Assembly: GCA_951406725.2 (NCBI GenBank)
Contig: OX597823.1
Span: 85,436,001 to 85,500,000 of the forward strand
From: Octopus vulgaris
Taxonomy: Eukaryota
DNA length: 64,000 bases
Direction: 5' to 3'
The notes under the pieces were generated by a model. That model did no database searches and was not told the origin of the DNA. It worked only from the letters and a program-made list of their open reading frames with translations. Below, one piece after another: positions 12,432 to 27,833 of this stretch (position 1 is the first letter of the stretch; each line of letters starts with the position of its first letter). The translations under genes were made by a program, and so were the position numbers.

Positions 12432-14215
12432 TTTGCAGACTCTATCTTCTTTGTGTAGCTTCGTTGGATTGCCTCAAGTTCTGTGATTAACTTGACACTG
12501 GATGGTGACCATAGCTGAGAGCAATAGTTAAAGTGGCTTAGGACAAGTGTCCTCCAGAGGACCATCATTGTTTCCTGGTCTCTTGTTCTGAAGGTTCTAA
12601 GAATCCATCCGGTCAGCTGCCTACATTTCATTGCCAATTTAGCAACATGCACATGAAAGGTTGCATCATCACTCATGTAAATACCCAAGTCTCGCACTGA
12701 TTGTGCCTCTGGGATTGCAGTCCCTCCAGGTCCAGTGTATTTATTGGGTATTGCATTTAGTTTTGCATGCTGATAGCATAAAGCTTGAAACTTTTCAGCA
12801 TTGAACTGCATGCTATTCGTTTCAGCCCACTTGTATATTTTGTCCTGGTGACATTGCAGGTGCTTAGTGTCTTCAGGGTTCTGTAATGCCTGTGAAACTT
12901 TTGTATCATCTGCATAACTTGTGATCGTGGCTCTCTGCGTGGCTGAGGGCATGTCTGAGTGGGCCATTATGAACAGTAGTGGTCCCAAAACAGTGCCCAG
13001 CGGAATACCTCTCACTATTTGCGTGTTAGTGGAAGTGGCCCCATTGGCTACTACCACCTGACTTCTATCCTTCAGAAAGTCATGAAAACACTCTCACAAT
13101 TTTCCAACTATGCCAAGATCACGCAGTTTGTGACATAGCATTCCATAATCGACTTTATCAAAGGCCTTTGCAAAGTCGAGATATATGACTTCCACATTTG
13201 AGTGGTTGAGCAGTGGTTTCAGCACCCAGTCATAGTGTTGTAGGAGCTGAGTTAAGCAGCTTCTTCCTGGACGGAAACCATGTTGGGTGTCAGGCAGCAA
13301 GTCATTTTCTTCAAGGAAGGTGATTAGTTGCCTTCTGACTATTCGTTCCATGACCTTGCTGATGTGTGAGGTCAGAGAGATAGTTCTGTAGTTCTTGGCC
13401 TCCGCTCTGCTACCTCTTTTATGAATAGGGCATATGTTACCTTCCTTCAGTTTTCTTGGAAATTTGCCAGTTGCAAGGAAGCTCTGAAAGAGAGACTGCA
13501 GTGGTCTTGCTAGGACTCCCTTACATACTTTTAGAAGGTTTGCTGGGAATCCATCTGGGCCAGCAGCTGAGTTAGTTTTCATTTCATCAATAGCCTTTAT
13601 TACATCGTCTTCCTTTATATTGATGTAATCAATCATTGCTGCCTCCGATTTTATATCTGCAGTGGTAAAGAAGTCAGTTGGATTGCTGACTTGAAAATGA
13701 CCTAGGGGTGGCGTGAAAATACTCTTGAATTGCTCATTTAGTATTTCACTTACCCTCATTGGATTTCCTGAGAGTGTGCCATCCTTTTCAAGGAGTAGCC
13801 CTATCCTAAAGTGCACCGTAGCTGTTTCTTTGGCATACCTGTAGAAAGCTCTGGGGTTAGATTTTATGTTGTCTATAGCCCAGGCTTCTTTGTCTGCTCT
13901 TTCTTTTTCATGGAAGAGTTGCAGACATTTTTCAATTTCCAACAGTTTTATTTTCAGGCGGGACTTTTCACTGCTTTCAATTTGTTTGTTTAGGCGATTT
14001 GAAACTTTTGTACGCCGTCTCATTAGAATTTTCCTCTCTCTGGGGATTTTGCTCTTGTGTACAGTGGCCTTTCTCTCTGGGACACATTTGTAGCATATGG
14101 CTTGCATTACAGACATGAATTGTTGAAGTTTCATGTCGATGTCTGGCGAGGATAGACATTCAGTCCAGTTTTGTTTGAGGATCTCTTTCTCAATTCGTTT
14201 CCAGTTTGCCTTATG
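12432..14215 (-). mobile_element. CR1/L2(Jockey-group)-like LINE ORF2 fragment with reverse transcriptase domain
   Basis: ORFs 14134-13094 and 13057-12338 are in frame and separated by one TGA (GKL*ECFHDFLKDRSQ). Motifs AAGPDGF, NYRTISLTS, QHGFRPGRSC, YLDFAKAFDKV, GIPLGTVLGPLLF, YADDTK, VRDLGI, YCSQLWSP. No endonuclease domain and no 3' end. Confidence 0.93.
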
Positions 14216-14379
14216 TATGTATTATCCAAAATATATAATATTATATATCCGACACGGCTGCTTTCACCAATCGATTATATAACCTTACACTCATCAGAGT
14301 TAGCCAATATGAAAGGGAATATGAGAACTCTCTCCTATTGACAGATATATGAATGCATCTTTTCCCTGGTTTATGGTTT

Positions 14380-14444
<65 letters not shown>

Positions 14445-14984
14445 GTGTGTGTGTGTGTAATAATATAAGCGTTGGGTATGTACCTAGTAGTTAGCCAGTG
14501 AAGCACGTTCACTGCCTATAGCTACCTGACGCAATCCACGGTATTTTTACAATTGTTACTTGATCTACCTCAGGAATGCTGAGTGTTTGGGTGTGTGTGC
14601 GTGTCTGTTTATGTGTGTGCTTGTGTGTGTGTGTGTTTGTCTGTGTGAGTGTGTGTGAGTGTGTTTCTGTAATTGAATGCATATCTATAGAAAAATTTCA
14701 TAAGATCACCTACCTAACCTACTCACAAACACATACACACAAACACATGTAGAGTGAGAGAGAGAGAGAGAGGGAGAGAGAGAAGGAGAAAGGGAGAGAG
14801 GGAGTGATAGAGAGGTGGAGAAAGAATGAGAGCGGAGAGAATGTGTGAGAGAGAGAGACAGGGAGAGAAAGTGAACGAGAGAGAGAGAGGGTAACACTTA
14901 TTTAGTTGACATAAGAAGTTTGCTAAGATTTTTCTATTCCGAGCTTGACAAAGCAACGAAATACCACAAAGTATTTTGACCAAT

Positions 14985-15175
14985 TCCTGAACCGGGCGAC
15001 GCGTTGTGTTCTTGAGCAAAACACCTCATTTCACGTTGCTCCAGTCCACTCAACTGGCAAAAATGAGTAACGTTGCGATGAACTGGCGTCCTGTCCAGCT
15101 GGGGAAAAACTACGCCATAGAAACCGGGATAACGGGCCCATCAGCCTTAAACGCTTTAAAAAGGGCACATTTATT
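14985..15175 (+). mobile_element. Diverged SINE-C-related fragment
   Basis: ACCGGGCGACGCGTTGTGTTCTTGAGCAAAACACCT...CCAGTCCACTCAACTGG...GCGATGAACTGGCGTCC; similar to 44058-44280. Confidence 0.65.
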
Positions 15176-15489
15176 TAATTTTTATTTATTTTGCCCAATA
15201 CTTTACCAAATTCAGAAACAAGCTGGCCCGATAACTAATCACAAATAAAAGACAGAAAACTTCTTTGAATTGTTAAACAAGATGGCGACAATGACGTTAC
15301 AAGTGAACATCAGCTGAAGATAACAATGGCCTGCTCCATTCATGCAAGATGCATGTCTTTTGTTCTGCACCAACACAATATCAACTATTTCATCAATCAT
15401 CTCACTATCCACCTTATTATCTATTTATTTATGTGCGTATATACGCTGTTATTACTACTATGCTACATAAATGTGAGCACAAACCACAT

Positions 15490-18700
<3,211 letters not shown>

Positions 18701-19524
18701 CTTGTACATTTGTTTTTGTTTATGTTTTTTATTACTACTACAGGTTATTTTTCTTTGTTTTTCTTTATAATACACCAACGAAGCCCTCTTGACAATACAG
18801 GTTTGTAGAGTATGATGTATGAGTCTATGTAGTCATTATTATTCTCAGTCAGATCAAGGATCTCATCATAGCTTAAGGAGACCGGCTACTTGTACCATGC
18901 AAACCAGTTCCACCTGTTTCAAATGCAGCACTAATTTTGATGGTACCCGTATTGGCAAGCGACTAAACCAGCTACCCACTTAAGTAGCTTGTTACTCCTC
19001 CGAGGAAAGGTTTCTGGACGTCCAGCAGAAAACTGAATAAGCAAGAACTGGCGAAGAACAGATGAGCTCGTCGTAAGCCAATGCCCGTTCATTTTACGGA
19101 AGGCAATGCGAAAGCAGCCTGATATCTCTGCCAAGAAAACATTATGAGAAAATCAGAGCGAAGTAACAAAATGGCTTCCTCCGATGGGAGAATTCACGCG
19201 TGATCAGGAAATATTTTGTTGCAGTGACATCAACCCGCTGCAGAAGTGTACGCTACATAGCGGCAACGACGTGTCATTATTATTACTCACAGGATTATCC
19301 ATAAGAAAGCTAGATCAGCTATTTCTAATTTCTTCATACTGCCCAGATTATACTTGATATTCAAATGTTACTCTGAAACGGCAGGAGTTTCTGCGTAAGT
19401 AATATACATCTTCCTTAAAACCCATCATTCGATCGCAAGGACAACATCATCAAAAGCTTCCATTTACTCTGCATCAAAGTTTCTCAAACTCAGTACTCTA
19501 CATTACTCTGCTACATTGTTTCCA

Positions 19525-19680
19525 AATTTTAGCACAAGGCCAGCTAGAAGTTTAGCTCTAGTGCCCCTCGCCCGAAATTGGATGAGGAGCGCTAGTCGAT
19601 TACATCGAATCTAATACTCAACGGGTGTTTATTTTATCAACCCCGAAAAAAATTAAAGGCAAAACCGAACTCAACAAATC
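19525..19680 (-). mobile_element. Old SINE-A (tail B) remnant
   Basis: GCACAAGGCC...AGTCGATTACATCGA...TTTTATCAACCCCGAAA...AAAGGCAAAAC. Confidence 0.6.
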
Positions 19681-20439
19681 GACATTACTTCTTAATTTCG
19701 CTTCCACAGATATCTTCACCTTGCCATGAAAAACACATTTTCTTATCCTATTTGAAGTATCTTATAACGGTGATGCTAGTGAAATGTCGGTATCTTCAAC
19801 ATACATGCCGAACGCCGTTACGAGTGTATATTACTTCATGCATTCCGTCTACGCCTCGCAAGTAAATAACTGATAACCCGACATATTGAAAGCAGAAAGC
19901 AAAGCGGGAAAATATATATGTAGTGGAAATATATAGTTAGTACAAGGTGTTGATGAGGCTGCGTGTATGTTATTACAATAGTTCATAGAGATGAAGAATA
20001 AATTCAAGATCTATATATTTACGACAAACATATTTTATTTACTGGCAGATGATGATACATAGAATCAAAATGGAGAATCTAGTTGAATGAAGTAATCTAT
20101 TCAAGAAAGTTCAGAGATAGAAAATGTAAAAATAACAGCTAAGTTGTGGTTTGCAGTTATGTGGCGTAGAGAAATAGAGGGACATAGCAATGACGTGAAT
20201 GGCTCTAAGTCTAATCGACTAAGAAGCGAAAAGCTGGGTTAGCAAGTTGTTTTTATTAATGGATAGCTAGACATTCTAGAAACTTCCAAGAGATATGCTA
20301 AGCTTCTTGAATAATTAAGAACCACGTCTCATGACACAGATGCTTCGAGAAGCTTAGAAAAGGGAGGTTACGCTATAATCATTCTTGCAAGGGAAGAATT
20401 ATTGTGGGCAATAGAGAAATAAGAATCCTTAACATGCAG

Positions 20440-20620
20440 GGCAAAATACTTAGCGGCATTTCGTATGTCTTTACATTCTGAGTTCAAATACCGCCGAGGT
20501 CGACTTTGCCTTTTGTCCTTCGGGACTGAGAAAACAAGTAGCAGCTGACCACTGGGATCGGTATAATGAACTTGGGTCTTCTTCGATGTTGGTAGCCCTC
20601 ACTTTTTTTTGCTTTCCAAA
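20440..20620 (+). mobile_element. Old SINE-A remnant
   Basis: TACTTAGCGGCATTTCG...TTCTGAGTTCAAATACCGCCGAGGTCGACTTTGCC. Confidence 0.7.
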
Positions 20621-20701
20621 AATTTAAATCGTTATCCTTTATCGGTGAGTTGGCAGAATTGTTAAATCGCTTCGAAACAATAATTTATATCACAGATATG
20701 C

Positions 20702-20740
<39 letters not shown>

Positions 20741-21553
20741 TGTGTAGGTGCGCCCTCTTGTGGCCCCTTTTGCGATAAAAAACATCCATTTCGCTATCAA
20801 GAGCATCATGATACACCCTACATGCCAAGAAAAGAACTCTTCATGGTTTATCAAAACGTAGGAAATAACACATACCCCCTCCTCCAAAATTGCTGGCCTT
20901 GCGCCAAAAATTGAAAAAAATATTCTTCCATTCGAATATTTAACTATGACGGTTGATCAAAGTATTATTGCGTTACCTAAAGATTTAGTAAAACGTATTC
21001 AGGAAATTGTCGTAAAAAAGGGAAGCAGAGAAAGACGGAATGAAACAAAGATGACGTCACATTGAAAAAGACAATATAAAGGAAAAAACTAAAGTAATTA
21101 AACAGGAGAGCAGAAAAATTGACAGAGAAAACCGATCGAATGTGAGATAAGAAGCAAGTCGTTTATTTGCTTTAGTATGTTGTTAATGCTTCAATAAGTT
21201 TTATATCCAGGTAGTATATGTTTACGAAAGAGCGAAAGTAAACAAGAAAATTGATATTGTAAGATATCTAGGCTATAAAACTGACTTAACACAGAAGGTT
21301 ATAATACTGATTTAACTCAGAACACAGAGAAGAAAATGGGAAACAGAAAGAAAGAAGAGAATTAGTAAATTTACAGATACTGCGGAGATGTTGTATATTT
21401 ATGTCGGAGTAGTATTAAAAAACGCGTCTCTTTGAATATGGAAGTGTAACATGTAAGGTTAGGGAGCTAATTTCGGGGAGAGAGGGGAAATTAGTAAGCA
21501 GTTATAGACAAGTAAAAGTAGGGGAGATGGTTAATAGTACTGCGAATCATTGA

Positions 21554-21760
21554 GTGATTTTTTATTCCCCAAAAGGGGACAACATAGGTAAGGGACAATA
21601 CAATCTGATTGGGGTCAGATGGAAGGATGGATATAACATAAAGGTGACATTAAAAATTCACAAATATATAAATAAATCGAATGATAGGATAGACCGGAAG
21701 ACATTATGGATGGAGTGGGAAGGCGGGTTCAATTCGGGCCTCATGAGTCCCGCCTAGCCA
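21554..21760 (-). mobile_element. Probable Tx1/L1-like LINE 3' UTR remnant
   Basis: Minus strand ends TTGTATTGTCCC...TGTCCCCTTTTGGGGAATAAAAAATC (hairpin plus AATAAA) and contains CTCATGA, like the Tx1-like 3' UTR at 27460-27596. Confidence 0.4.
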
Positions 21761-21824
21761 CTGATACCTGAGATAATCCTGCTTGAGACCTTTTAATATT
21801 TAAGAAAAGAGAGTAGCTCTTTAT

Positions 21825-21990
21825 TCTTACTCAACATTGTCACCATCAGAAACGATGCATTTGCTCCACCGCTGAACACCAACTTACAAACGACTTTGAG
21901 TGTTCACAGTTGCATCTAATTATTCGCCGCCATTTTCACCTCCATTCGTCTGTCCTCAAATCGTTGTGCACTATTAAAAAAGGGGGCGCA
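21825..21990 (-). mobile_element. Decayed mariner transposase C-terminal remnant
   Basis: Minus-strand translation VQRWSKCIVSDGDNVE* matches the RW.KC....GD.VE terminus. Confidence 0.55.
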
Positions 21991-22964
21991 ACACATGTAG
22001 GAAATATAGGTAAGTAATGTGAAGGAGACATAACAGTTATTGAGCAAACCCAATGTCTTTTACAGACTCTGAATATTTAGGCAATACACACAAGAAAAGA
22101 CTGATGTCAAATAAAATTTTGCAGCCTTAAGTATAACAACTTAAAACAATATTTAACTACTAGAGACATAGAATACAGAGAGAGAGGGGGGAGAGAGGGG
22201 GAGAGAGAGGAGAGAATATTTAACACCAAATTTCAGAAACAGTGAATAAATTAAATGCGAATGGGTTTCAAAACGTTGAAAATGTAAGATTAAGAAAGGA
22301 ATTTTTAGAATGCAACTGTTCTGGTGGCGACATGGCGAGTCTAGCTCAAAATGTGAGTCCAACAAATTGACAACAAAATTAAGTCAAGACTATTGAAAAG
22401 GTTGCAAGACGCAACGAAAATTTTAGGAAAATAAAAATAAGAAATAAGTGGAAATTTTACCGGTTAGTCTGTTAAATTATAAGGCACAAAAAGAAAACGA
22501 CTCTCCCCAGACACAACAAAATTAAGAATTCCTCACTGGAACCGAGACTATAGGATCCGAATCCTCCAGGAGATGGTTCGGCAAATGATAAACTAACGAC
22601 AGTATTCAAACTTTTTTAACACTTGCACAATTTAACCAGCTAAAGTTCAAGAGAGAGAAACACAATGATGGAAAGAAAAGGTGGGCAGAGAGACTCGTTT
22701 CTTCCTTCTGTAAAGTCCTAAAACTATACATGTGTTGTGAAAGATGTTCTGGAAGATAAGTGTATTTTCATATCCCCATGTATATTTGTATACACTTATA
22801 TAATGCGCACATATAGGTATACAAACGTGCGCGACGTGCATACACATAATATATTCATATTCTTGGTCAATATCGCAATTTTGGGTTTTATACTCTTCTA
22901 GCTAATATCCGAAATTTTGTCGATTTGATAGGGTATTGAAAACACACTCACATACAGTCTATGT

Positions 22965-23017
<53 letters not shown>

Positions 23018-23091
23018 CAGACATGTGCATATGTGTATGTATGTTTGTATTTACGTATTAAATGTACATTTACATAAGTACATGCATATAC

Positions 23092-23149
<58 letters not shown>

Positions 23150-23422
23150 GTGCATATGTCTTAATTTATCAATACATTCTTGGTGTACGTAAATATGCAA
23201 TATAAGGATATATGTGTGTATATATCTGTAAATATACATACCCATATATACATGCAAAAGCGTATATACATACATACATACATATATATATCTATAAATA
23301 TGCATATATATACATATACATATATATGTATATATATTTATATACACGCACATACACAGACACACACACACACCACAGACACACACAAACACACACACAC
23401 ACACACACCACAGACACACACA

Positions 23423-23480
<58 letters not shown>

Positions 23481-23904
23481 CGTATGTATATGCAAAAATA
23501 CGTGTGTATGAATGCGTGTGCATGAGGCATATTTGTATTGTATATATGCCTCATATATATAGGCGTGTATGTGTGTGTGTGTGGTGGGTGGGGGTGCATA
23601 CGTATCTTTAATATATAATAATTCGATATTGAATCTGAAATTGTGAAATCTAAAATTGGAATATTTGATTTCGCATGTAATAAATATCGAGTATTTCCTG
23701 ATATATTTTATAATATCACTTTATATAATTTAAACTAAGAAAAGAGAACCAAAGGTGTTTCTTTATCTCACTGAGATAAGAAAGTATTCCATATAAGAAC
23801 GCTATATCAACTGTTCATCTCCTGTCACGAGAATTACACTACATCCCTGTCTAAATCTTACGATAGAAAACGATTGCACATATCCTATGTCGGGTACTCG
23901 AAGA

Positions 23905-24153
23905 GTTTGTTTGTTCCTTCTCGAGCCACGCCTGGCTCATAAGGACCGGTTTCCCGGGCGTATAGATGCAGGAGGAAACAGTGAGAGAAAGTTGTGGCGA
24001 TAGAGTGAGTAGAAGTTCGCCATTAACTTCTGCCGGAGCCACGTTGAGCTTAGCTGTTTCGCTCATAAACACACACATCGCCCGGTCTCAGATTCGAACC
24101 TGCGATCCCTCGACCGCGTGTCCGCTGCTCTATCCATTAGGCCATGTGCCTCC
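23905..24153 (-). mobile_element. SINE-C copy (tail type 4)
   Basis: Minus strand: GGAGGCACATGGCCTAATGG...GGTTCGAATC...GTGTGTGTTTATGAGCGAAAC...CCACAACTTTCTCTCAC, then tail GGAAACCGGTCCTTATGAGCCAGGCGTGGCTCGAGAAGGAACAAAC. Confidence 0.78.
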
Positions 24154-24189
24154 GTATTCCAAGAGTAAGCTACGTTATATACTTAGTTT

Positions 24190-24365
24190 CAAATGTTGGA
24201 ACTACGGTAGCATGTTCGTCAGAGGTGGGAAGTCGATTACAGATATTTATTTTATTGACCCAGAAAGGATGAAAGGTAAATTCATCCTCAGTGGAATTTG
24301 ATCTCAGAACGTAAAGAGGGATGAAATGCCGCTAAGCATTTTTGACGGCGTGTTAACGATTCTAC
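24190..24365 (-). mobile_element. Diverged SINE-A
   Basis: TTGACCCAGAAAGGATGAAAGGTAAA...GGAATTTGATCTCAGAACG...GCCGCTAAGCATTT. Confidence 0.7.
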
Positions 24366-24394
24366 CATCTCAAGGTCTTTCCCTCATTAGTTTC

Positions 24395-24605
24395 AAAACA
24401 CTGGTTGTGAGCGGTGGTGGAGGACAAACACACGTACACGCACACACACACACACACATGTGTTCGACAGCACTCTTTCAGTTTTCGTCTACTAAACACA
24501 CTCATGTTTGCTTTGGTCGGCCCAAGCCTAGGGTAGAAGACACTTGCCCAGTTGGCATGCAGTGAGACTGAACCTGCAACCATGTGGTTGGGAAGTAAGA
24601 TTCTA
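24395..24605 (-). mobile_element. Partial SINE-B
   Basis: TTTCAGTTTTCGTCTAC...TTTGGTCGGCCCAAG...GTAGAAGACACTTGCCCA...GACTGAACC...AACCATGTGGTTGGGAAG. Confidence 0.7.
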
Positions 24606-24893
24606 AACAGTCACATCTGCAATAAGCACAAAGTCTGAAAATTTGTTTGAGGGGCCTAGTCGGTCATTCTGATGGTAGTGCTCAAATTGTACTTCTGTTC
24701 TCAAAAAGTCCGAAAGACAAATTTGATCTACATTGCATTTGAACAGAGATCGTGAATCCGGAAGAATTGCTTTTAAATATTTTGTCCGGTGTACGAACGA
24801 GTCGGACAGATCTTCGCTATTAGGGTTGTGAACGTATAACACTCTTATTGTTATGTTCACAAAGAATCCTTTTCATTCAGTATATTGAAAGAC

Positions 24894-25573
24894 AAAGGCG
24901 GCGACCTGGCAGCAGAGTTACCACGCTGGGCGAAATGCTTAGCGTTACTTCGTTTGTCTTACGTTCTGAGTTCAAATTCTCTCGAGGTCGTCTTTACCTT
25001 TCATCCTTTAGGGGTCGATAAATTAAGTACCACTTACGCACTAGGGTCGATGTGATCGGCTTAATACCTTTGTTTGTCCTTGATTGTCCCCTCTATGTTT
25101 AGCCCCTTGTGGGCAATAAAGAAATAAGAAACGTTAGCACACTGGACGAAATGCTTAGCGGTATTTCGTCTGCCGTAAGGTGGCGAGCTGGCAAAAACGT
25201 TAGCACGCCGGACGAAATGCTTTGCGGTGTTTCGTCCGCCGTTACATTCTGAGTTCAAATTCCGCCGAGGTTGACTTTGCCTTTCATCTTTTCGGGGTCG
25301 ATTAAATAAGTACCAGTTACGCACTGGAGTCGTTATAATCGACTAAATCCGTTTGTCTGTCCTTGTTTGTCCCCTCCGTGTTTAGCCCCTTGTGGGTAGT
25401 AAAGAATTAGGTATTTCGTCTAACGCTAAGTTCTGAGTTAAAATTCCGCCAAGGTCGACTTTGCCTTTCATTCTTTCAGGGTCGATAAATTAAGCACCAG
25501 TCGCGTACTGGGGTCGAGCTAATCGACTAGCCCCATCCCCAAAGTTTCGGGTCTTCTGCCTAGAGTAGAAAAG
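24894..25573 (+). mobile_element. SINE-A trimer with nested self-insertion
   Basis: Three cores. Outer TSD AGTATATTGAA(A/C)GAC at 24879-24893 and 25574-25588. The inner full-length copy (25177-25409) is flanked by GGTATTTCGTCT (25160-25171 and 25410-25421). Confidence 0.92.
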
Positions 25574-26022
25574 AGTATATTGAACGACGATATGTACAAT
25601 AAACTCAGTGTTCCACCTACGTACCCTCATGTCATTTCTTTCAGCTTTATTAATTATGTTCCACACTCTTCGTCTTTCCAATTTAGCTCACATAAAAAAC
25701 CTATACAAATTACAATTCAAGATACGATCATAATTGAATATAAAAGGGTTTTAGTCAAATAGTTTTCGTCGTTCTTCGTGATTCCTATTACATCTCTTCT
25801 TTTCTTTTGTCAATATTGGGACCGTAACTACACAAATTTTTCAAGCAACGATTTATTTGTTATATGGGGCATGACATTCACAAATACACATGCTCACACA
25901 TCCTCAGGGCAATTACCTACATACACAGATTCTCCCTCACTACCTTTCTCTCTTTCTCTCACGCACACAGACACACATAGATAGGTATATACATATGTGA
26001 ATATGCATATACGCATATATAA

Positions 26023-26075
<53 letters not shown>

Positions 26076-26335
26076 CTCACGCACACACACACACACACAT
26101 ATCGTTGATATTATGTTAAACTATCGTATCTCCAGCTGCTTCAGACACCAAGATATCAAAAGTTGTCAAAGTGAGGTAGAACGGTTTTGCTATGGAATGG
26201 TGGAACCATTTTTTCGTTTTCTGAAAAAGCAGCCTTTTGGACTTACAACAGTTTTGTATAATAGCAACGATACATACATACATACATACATACATACATA
26301 CATACATACATACATACATACATACATGCATGCAT

Positions 26336-26404
<69 letters not shown>

Positions 26405-26406
<2 letters not shown>

Positions 26407-27596
26407 AGAAATAGAGTAGAGGGTGAGCAAGTTAAGAAGCTAGAAGAGGCAATTAGAAGCGGCATCGCATCCGACGTTTTGGCGGCGAGGTTGGCCCTCG
26501 ACCAACACTTCAACGCGAAACACGAAGGGTGTGCTGTCAAAGCCAGGATGTGTGCTCTAAGGAATGAAGATGTTAGAGCCGCGAGAGAGGCTCGGGTGGC
26601 AGAGGCGCAACAGGGCAACAAAGCCACCATTCGGTCTCTGGTAGATGAACAGGGGCGCGAATTGCTCGAGTCGGGTAAAATGTGTGAGGCCTTTCAACAG
26701 CATTTTGCCCGACTGTTCGGGACGAGTGGCGGGCAAGAACGCAGGGTGGACTTCAGTGCCTACCTACCCAGCCTACCACGACTCTCGACTAGAGAGGCAG
26801 GGTGCTGCGAAGGTGCCATCACGGCGGCGGAAGTGCAGAACGTGATGGCAGAATGCTCGAGGGACAAATTACCGGGTTTGGATGGTCTACCCTACGAGCT
26901 TTACAGTTGTATTCCAGACTTGTTTGGAGACGTCTTGGTAGCGGTGTACTGCAACTGGCAGCAAAACGGGAGCATTCCTGGTTTTGTGAGCCGAGGAGCC
27001 GTAACACTGCTGAAGAAAGATCTAAACAAGGGAAATGTAATAGATAACTTTAGGCCTATCACTCTGCTTATTGCAAACGTGCACCATGCCGGGCCGGACC
27101 ATCCATGACAACCTCCACCTGATGCGCTACATCATAGACAGGGTAGTTAACGAACCTGGCATGGGTGGGGCGCTGATCAATTTGGATCAATCGAAAGCTT
27201 TCGATAGAGTAGACCATCGATACTTGGGGGCTGTCCTCGGAGCGGCTGGCTTCGGTCCCGTCTTCCGCGGCTGGATAGCCGCTTTGTACAGAGGCATCCG
27301 TTCGGTAATTCGCGTAAATTGACATCTATCGAGAACTTTCGACATCGCACGTTCGGTCCGTCAGGGATGCTCCCTCTCGTCACTTCTATACGTATTGACT
27401 CTCGAGCCATTTTCCATTTTCTTCTTTTTTTCTTTTTTTTTCTTTTTTCCCTTTTACGATCCCTCATGATCGAAAACCTACGCCACTTTTTTTGTTTCTT
27501 TTGTTTTTGTTTTTTGTTTCTTTCATCCCCCAAAAGAAAAGCTCTACTTTGTAATTTGTCCCATCTGTATGCAGCCCTGTGTGGCCAATAAAGAAA
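26405..27596 (+). mobile_element. Tx1/L1-clade LINE fragment (ORF2 linker, RT N-half and 3' UTR; internally deleted)
   Basis: KLPGLDGLPYELY, NFRPITLL, QTCTMPGRTIHDNL, LDQSKAFDRVDHRYL, SVRQGCSLSSLLYVLTLEP; then an abrupt jump to a T-rich UTR ending AATAAAGAAA. No YADD motif present. Confidence 0.88.
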
Positions 27597-27701
27597 CTTA
27601 TCTATATATCTATCTATCTATATAACTATATATCAATCTATATATATATATATAAAATAATAAATCTCTGAACGAGATATAAACAGTAACCGCTCGACAA
27701 C

Positions 27702-27833
27702 GTAAGGGGTATCAGCCATCTGAATGTGGCTAGCCACTGGGGGGGGGGAGTGTTTGATCGCCTGGGGCTAAAGCATCAATAACACCCCTCCCTCCCAGTG
27801 GCTAGCCACATTCAGATGGCTGATACCCCTTAC
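27702..27833. repeat. Perfect 40-bp inverted repeat (foldback/MITE-like)
   Basis: 27702-27741 is the exact reverse complement of 27794-27833; imperfect pairing continues inward. Confidence 0.92.

Noticed and set aside
14246-14297. Minus-strand CTGATGA...GAAA...TC
   Set aside because: The core words are intact but the stems do not pair; it may be a decayed Penelope terminus, but I cannot support that.
18940-19200. Segment resembling an RTE-type UTR (GAAGGCAATG...TCTCTGCCAAGAAAAC)
   Set aside because: The similarity is too short to call without a search.
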